A stretch of 32,000 nucleotides of DNA from Buchnera aphidicola (Neophyllaphis podocarpi) (GTDB taxonomy: Bacteria > Pseudomonadota > Gammaproteobacteria > Enterobacterales > Enterobacteriaceae): NCBI RefSeq assembly GCF_964059055.1, contig NZ_OZ060386.1, forward strand, positions 120,001 to 152,000. The letters are read 5' to 3'. Below, piece after piece: positions 26,930 to 32,000 of the stretch. A program made the translations under genes and the position numbers. A model generated the notes under the pieces. The model was not told where the DNA came from and searched no databases. It saw only the letters and a program-made list of their open reading frames with translations. Numbering within the stretch: position 1 is the stretch's first letter; each line of letters begins with the position of its first letter.

Positions 26930-28711
26930 ATGAAATTTGACTCTCAAGATTTAAATAGTGAGGAATTAGATAATTCCATATTATATGATTTGTTTGATAA
27001 ATTTAGTAAAAATAGTTTTACAGTTCAAAATTCTATTGTTGGTTTTCCTATAGTTTGGATTAGCCTTCATAATTTACAAAATATTATAAAATTTTTGTGT
27101 AACATTATAGAAAAACCATATAATATGCTTTTTGATTTACATGGAGTTGATGAACGTTTACGTGTTTATCGTGATAACCTACCTCCGGCTGATTTTTCAG
27201 TTTTTTATCATCTTATTTCCTTAGAACGCAACACTGATATTTTAATTAAAGTTCCTTTGTTAGAAAAAAATTTAAAAATATCTTCTATATCTAATATTTT
27301 TCCTAATGCTAATTGGTATGAAAGAGAAACTTGGGAGATGTTTGGAATAATTTTTTTAAATCATCCTAATTTAACTAGAATTATTATGCCTAAAACATGG
27401 GTAGGTTATCCTTTACGTAAAGATTATCCTGCTCGTGCAACAGATTCAAATTTATTTACTCTAACAAAAAAACAAGAAGATTCTGATATGGAATCTTTAA
27501 CTTTTAAACCTGAAGATTGGGGTATGAACATTCAGAATAAATATTCTGATTATATGTTTTTAAATTTAGGTCCAAATCATCCTTCTTCTCATGGTGCTTT
27601 TCGTATTATATTACAATTAGATGGTGAAGAGATAATAGATTGTGTTCCAGACATAGGTTACCATCACAGAGGTGCTGAAAAAATGGCTGAACGTCAGTCA
27701 TGGCATAGTTTTATTCCTTATACAGATCGTATAGAATATCTTGGTGGATGTGTTAATGAAATGCCTTATATATTAGCAATTGAAAAATTAGCTAATATTA
27801 AAGTTTCTGATAGAGTTAAAGTTATAAGAGTAATGATGTCAGAATTGTTTCGTATTAATAGTCATTTACTATACATTTCAACATTTATTCAAGATGTAGG
27901 AGCTATGACACCTGTTTTTTTAGCATTTACAGATCGCCAAAAAATTTATGATGTTATAGAGTCTATCACTGGAGCAAGAATGCATCCTGCTTGGTTTAGA
28001 ATTGGAGGACTAGCTAGTGATTTACCCATAGGTTGGGATATTTTACTACAAGAATTAATTGATTGGATTCCTAAGCGTTTAAATAAGTATATACAGACTT
28101 CTTTGAAGAATACCATATTAATTAATAGATCTAAGGGAGTAGCAGCATATTCTAAAAAGGAAGCTATATCTTGGGGTGTAACTGGTTCTGGTTTAAGAGC
28201 TACTGGTGTAAATTTTGATGTTCGTAAAATTAGGCCTTATTCTGGATATGAAAACTTTGATTTTGAAGTACCTATAGGATATGGAATAAGCGATTGTTAT
28301 TCTAGAGTTATGCTCAAAGTTGAAGAAATTTATCAAAGTTTATCTATATTAAAACAATGTTTACTTAATATGCCCTCTGGTCCATTTAAATCAGATCATC
28401 CTTTAACTACACCGCCTCCTAAAGATTATACTTTACAAAATATAGAAACAATGATTCATCATTTTTTACAAGTATCATGGGGGCCTATATTACCAGTAAA
28501 TGAAAGTTTTCAAATGATAGAAGCTACTAAAGGTGTTAATAGTTACTATTTATTCAGTGATGGTAATACTTATAGTTATCGTACTCGTATTCGTACTCCT
28601 AGTTTTCCTCATTTACAACAAATTCCTTCAGTAATCAGAGGAAGTTTGTTGTCTGATCTTATTGTATATCTTGGCAGTATTGATTTTGTTATGTCTGATG
28701 TGGATCGATAA
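26930..28711 (+). CDS. nuoC: NADH-quinone oxidoreductase fused subunit C/D
   Basis: 593-aa ORF, colinear with the fused E. coli NuoCD. Motifs: [82 protein letters not shown], and the C-terminus [13 protein letters not shown] identical to E. coli. Confidence 0.98.
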   Translation: MKFDSQDLNSEELDNSILYDLFDKFSKNSFTVQNSIVGFPIVWISLHNLQNIIKFLCNIIEKPYNMLFDLHGVDERLRVYRDNLPPADFSVFYHLISLERNTDILIKVPLLEKNLKISSISNIFPNANWYERETWEMFGIIFLNHPNLTRIIMPKTWVGYPLRKDYPARATDSNLFTLTKKQEDSDMESLTFKPEDWGMNIQNKYSDYMFLNLGPNHPSSHGAFRIILQLDGEEIIDCVPDIGYHHRGAEKMAERQSWHSFIPYTDRIEYLGGCVNEMPYILAIEKLANIKVSDRVKVIRVMMSELFRINSHLLYISTFIQDVGAMTPVFLAFTDRQKIYDVIESITGARMHPAWFRIGGLASDLPIGWDILLQELIDWIPKRLNKYIQTSLKNTILINRSKGVAAYSKKEAISWGVTGSGLRATGVNFDVRKIRPYSGYENFDFEVPIGYGISDCYSRVMLKVEEIYQSLSILKQCLLNMPSGPFKSDHPLTTPPPKDYTLQNIETMIHHFLQVSWGPILPVNESFQMIEATKGVNSYYLFSDGNTYSYRTRIRTPSFPHLQQIPSVIRGSLLSDLIVYLGSIDFVMSDVDR

Positions 28712-28714
28712 ATA

Positions 28715-29233
28715 ATGAACAAAAAAAATTTTTTTAATTTGGATTTAAGTATTTCACCTAAAAAATTCAAATTAAGTAACTCAGAAATTAAATTAATAGA
28801 AGAGAAAAAGTGTCATTATGAAACTTCTTTATCTGTATCTATAGAAGCATTAAAAATTGTTCAAGAAAAACGTGGGTGGGTCAGTGATGATGCTATTATT
28901 GCTATAGCTAATATATTAAATATATCACCATCTGAAGTTGAAAGTGTAGCAACTTTTTATAGTCAGATTTTTCGCCAGCAAGTTGGTCGTCATATTATAC
29001 GTTATTGTGATAGTGTAGTGTGTTATATAAATAATTTTGAAGAAGTAAAAAAAACTTTAGAGACTGAATTATCTATATCCTCAGGAGAAACAACTAAAGA
29101 TTTTCGCTTTACTTTGTTACCTATATGTTGTTTAGGAAATTGTGATAAAGGACCTGTTATTATGATAGATAATAACATTCATTCATGTGTAACTCCATCT
29201 TGTATTACTAAAATATTAGAGTATTATCGATGA
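28715..29233 (+). CDS. nuoE: NADH-quinone oxidoreductase subunit E
   Basis: 172-aa ORF. [2Fe-2S] ligand motifs [10 protein letters not shown] and [23 protein letters not shown]. It starts 3 nt after nuoCD. Confidence 0.95.
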   Translation: MNKKNFFNLDLSISPKKFKLSNSEIKLIEEKKCHYETSLSVSIEALKIVQEKRGWVSDDAIIAIANILNISPSEVESVATFYSQIFRQQVGRHIIRYCDSVVCYINNFEEVKKTLETELSISSGETTKDFRFTLLPICCLGNCDKGPVIMIDNNIHSCVTPSCITKILEYYR

Positions 29234-30579
29234 AAAATATTATTAAAACTGATGAAACACATCCTTTGACATGGAGGTTAAGAAAAGATCAACAACCTGT
29301 TTGGTTAAAGGAATACTGTAATAATAATGGTTATGCTTCTATCAAAAAAACTTTTAATCATCTTAATTCTAAGGAATTGACTGATATTATTATTGAATCT
29401 GGTTTAAGAGGAAGAGGAGGAGCTGGTTTTCCTACAGGAATAAAGTGGAATTCATTTCATCAAAATACATCAAAAGATTTGACTGTTTACTTAATATGTA
29501 ATGCAGATGAAATGGAACCTGGAACATATAAAGATAAATTATTAATGGAACAATTACCTCATCAATTGATAGAGGGTATGTTGCTTGGAGCATTTGCTAT
29601 AAATGCATGTATAGGTTACATTTTTTTACGCGGAGAATATATACAGTCTGGGATAAATTTACAGAAAGCTATTTGTGAAGCTTATAATGCCGGTTATTTA
29701 GGAAAAAATATTTTGCATAGTGGTTTTAGTTTTGATATTTTTTTACATATGGGAGCTGGAAGATATATTTGTGGAGAAGAAACTGCTTTAATAAATTCTT
29801 TAGAAGGTAAAAGAGCTAATCCCAGATTTAAACCTCCTTTTCCATCTGTAGCTGGTTTATGGGGTAAACCTACTTGTATTAACAATGTGGAAACATTATC
29901 AAATGTACCTTCTATAGTTCATTATGGAGTCTCTTGGTATAAAAATTTATCTAAAGGTTCAGATTCTGGAACTAAAATGATGGGTTTTTCAGGTAAAGTA
30001 AAAAATCCAGGAGTATGGGAAGTTCCTTTTGGTATATCAGCTAGAGAAATTTTAGAAGAATATGCTTGTGGTATGAAAGATAGTTTTAAATTAAAAGCAT
30101 GGCAGCCAGGTGGAGCTGGAACTGCTTTATTAACTCCTAGTCATATCGATACACCAATGGATTTTACTAATATTCAAAAATGTGGTAGTAGGTTAGGAAC
30201 AGCTGTATCTATGGCAATTGATAATACTATTAATATCGTTTCTTTATTATTGAATATAGAGAAATTTTTTTCTAGAGAATCTTGTGGTTGGTGTACTCCT
30301 TGTAGAGACGGTTTGCCTTGGATTGTGAATATTTTAAAAGATTTAAAAAATAAACAAGGTCATGAAGGAGATATTGAAACTTTAGAAGATATTTGTTTTA
30401 ATTTGAATCCAGGTAAAACTTTTTGCGCTCATGCTCCTGGTGCAATATCTCCTTTATTAAGTGGAATTAAATATTTTAGATCAGAATTTGAGTTAGGTAT
30501 TTCAAATAAAAAATATATTTTTAATCACATAAAAGGAATTCAATCAAACTTGCTTAATTTTAAATTATTTAAAAAATAA
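29230..30579 (+). CDS. nuoF: NADH-quinone oxidoreductase subunit F
   Basis: 449-aa [18 protein letters not shown] (FMN/NADH site), [53 protein letters not shown] (N3 cluster). ATGA overlap with nuoE. Confidence 0.98.
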   Translation: MKNIIKTDETHPLTWRLRKDQQPVWLKEYCNNNGYASIKKTFNHLNSKELTDIIIESGLRGRGGAGFPTGIKWNSFHQNTSKDLTVYLICNADEMEPGTYKDKLLMEQLPHQLIEGMLLGAFAINACIGYIFLRGEYIQSGINLQKAICEAYNAGYLGKNILHSGFSFDIFLHMGAGRYICGEETALINSLEGKRANPRFKPPFPSVAGLWGKPTCINNVETLSNVPSIVHYGVSWYKNLSKGSDSGTKMMGFSGKVKNPGVWEVPFGISAREILEEYACGMKDSFKLKAWQPGGAGTALLTPSHIDTPMDFTNIQKCGSRLGTAVSMAIDNTINIVSLLLNIEKFFSRESCGWCTPCRDGLPWIVNILKDLKNKQGHEGDIETLEDICFNLNPGKTFCAHAPGAISPLLSGIKYFRSEFELGISNKKYIFNHIKGIQSNLLNFKLFKK

Positions 30580-30647
30580 TTTTTTTAAATAATTTTTATC
30601 TTTAAGATTAATTTTTAATTTTTTTGAAATATGGAATAAATTTAATT

Positions 30648-32000
30648 ATGACATCCATTTATATAGATGATAAAAAATATCAAATACAAAATTCAGATAA
30701 TCTGTTACACGCTTGTTTATCTTTAGGTTTTAATATTCCTTATTTTTGTTGGCATCCTGTTTTAGGTAGTATAGGATCTTGCCGACAATGTGCTGTTAAA
30801 GAATATATATATGTTAATGATGAAAAAATTAGTCGTATAGTTATGTCTTGTATGACTCCTATAAAACAAGGATTATTAATATCTGTTAATGATGATGAAG
30901 TGAAATCTTTCAGATCTAGTATAATAGAAATGCTTATGACAAATCATCCTCATGACTGTCCTATATGTGAAGAAGGAGGAAATTGTCATTTACAAGATAT
31001 GACTGTTATTTCAGGTCATAATATTCGTAAGTATAGATTTAATAAACGTACTTTTATTAGTCAATATTTAGGTGATTTTATAACTCATAATATGAATAGA
31101 TGTATTACTTGTTATCGTTGTGTAAGATATTATAAAGATTATGCCGGAGGTAAAGATTTTGATGTTTATGGTATAAGTAATAAAATTTATTTTGGTCGTT
31201 TAAAAGACGGTCCTTTGGAAAGTGAATTTTCAGGTAATTTGATAGAAATTTGTCCTACTGGTGTATTTACTGATAAAATAAGTACTAATCATTATAGTAG
31301 AAAGTGGGATATGCAATATTCTCCTAGTGTATGTCATTCATGTAGTATTGGATGTAATATCATTATAGGTGAAAGATACGGAAAAATATCTAGAATAGAG
31401 AATAGATATAATAGTGAAATTAATAATTATTTTATTTGTGATTTAGGTAGATTTGGTTATGATTATATTAATTCTAGTAATAGAATTGTATATCCTAAAT
31501 TGTATGATAAAGATAATTTTATAAAATTAGATTTAAATAATTCTATAAATAAACTAATCGAAATAATAAAAAAATCTAATCATATCATTGGTATAGGATC
31601 ATCAAGATCAAGTATAGAAAATAATTTTGCTTTATATAATTTAGTTGGAAAAAAAAATTTTTATAATGATAATATAGATAAAGAAAATTCTTGTATAAAA
31701 CTTATGACTGATGTACTACAAGATAATAATTTTTATACTCCTAGTTTAATAGAAATAGAAAATTATGATGCCATTTTAATATTAGGTGAAGATGTTACTC
31801 AAACAGCATCTCGTATGGCTTTGTCTATTCGTCAAGCTATCAATAAAAATATATCAAATACTACTAAAAATACAAAAAATGAAAAGCATTTATTTATTAC
31901 TAGTATTAAGAATACTAAACTAGATGATATTGCTGAATATAAATATTTTTCTTCACCAGAAGAACAAGCTTGTTTTGGATTTGCTATTGATAATTTAATA
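30648..32000 (+). CDS. nuoG: NADH-quinone oxidoreductase subunit G, N-terminal 451 codons (continues past the window end)
   Basis: Hand translation from ATG 30648 gives [53 protein letters not shown].... E. coli NuoG begins [50 protein letters not shown]. Also [53 protein letters not shown]. The frame is open to position 32000. It is not in the ORF track because no stop falls inside the window. Confidence 0.94.
   Translation, partial: MTSIYIDDKKYQIQNSDNLLHACLSLGFNIPYFCWHPVLGSIGSCRQCAVKEYIYVNDEKISRIVMSCMTPIKQGLLISVNDDEVKSFRSSIIEMLMTNHPHDCPICEEGGNCHLQDMTVISGHNIRKYRFNKRTFISQYLGDFITHNMNRCITCYRCVRYYKDYAGGKDFDVYGISNKIYFGRLKDGPLESEFSGNLIEICPTGVFTDKISTNHYSRKWDMQYSPSVCHSCSIGCNIIIGERYGKISRIENRYNSEINNYFICDLGRFGYDYINSSNRIVYPKLYDKDNFIKLDLNNSINKLIEIIKKSNHIIGIGSSRSSIENNFALYNLVGKKNFYNDNIDKENSCIKLMTDVLQDNNFYTPSLIEIENYDAILILGEDVTQTASRMALSIRQAINKNISNTTKNTKNEKHLFITSIKNTKLDDIAEYKYFSSPEEQACFGFAIDNLI

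Noticed and set aside
3867-29885. The remaining short track ORFs on the opposite strand of annotated genes: 3867-4079, 8108-8305, 12836-13024, 13572-13808, 14139-14399, 15237-15434, 16417-16602, 18298-18483, 21028-21216, 22998-23216 and 29694-29885.
   Set aside because: Each is 61-86 aa and fully nested antisense in a strongly conserved gene (yabI, surA/pdxA, carB, carA, dapB, ileS, ribF, dnaJ, nuoF). Each has low-complexity hydrophobic composition and no recognisable motif. They are typical shadow ORFs.
30631-30639. A two-codon mini-ORF atg gaa taa just upstream of nuoG.
   Set aside because: It is trivially short and expected by chance in AT-rich DNA. There is no evidence of a leader-peptide function.
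1-32000. A window-wide look for tRNA/rRNA/ncRNA genes, CRISPR arrays, IS or transposon ends, integrases, phage, toxin-antitoxin or defence genes.
   Set aside because: No non-coding segment of 70 nt or more is GC-enriched, as even AT-rich symbiont tRNAs are. There are no spaced direct repeats and no terminal inverted repeats. Every long ORF is a recognisable housekeeping gene in conserved synteny.

Overview
This window is a gene-dense stretch (about 95% coding; about 1.6 kb of spacer by my count) of an extremely AT-rich, reduced gammaproteobacterial chromosome. The order glyS-glyQ / nfo-rplY / yabI / lptD-surA-pdxA-rsmA-apaH / folA-carB-carA-dapB-ispH-lspA-ileS-ribF / rpsT / dnaJ-dnaK / nuoABCDEFG matches my recollection of the aphid endosymbiont Buchnera aphidicola. 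That identification rests on synteny and composition from memory, not on a search. I call 27 protein genes. Two of them run off the window edges and are missing from the ORF track: glyS at the left edge and nuoG at the right edge. All 27 are housekeeping genes (translation, chaperones, arginine/pyrimidine, lysine, isoprenoid, folate, flavin, envelope biogenesis, NADH dehydrogenase). The genetic code looks standard: TGG encodes Trp, and TGA is used as a stop in rplY, pdxA and nuoE. I see no rRNA, tRNA, CRISPR, IS or transposon, prophage, toxin-antitoxin or defence-like genes. Every unassigned track ORF is an antisense shadow of a conserved gene. I therefore find no evidence for a novel multi-gene system here. 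The points worth a second look are small-scale: (1) a GC-rich stem-loop in the dnaK-dnaJ spacer; (2) a sigma32 promoter upstream of dnaK that is almost base-for-base the E. coli dnaK P1; (3) an intact LptD homolog that has lost all four disulfide cysteines, next to a SurA with an eroded second parvulin domain; (4) folA joined to carAB by a TAATG overlap; (5) five in-frame poly(A) tracts of 10-12 nt; (6) convergent genes whose stops are 3 and 25 bp apart.
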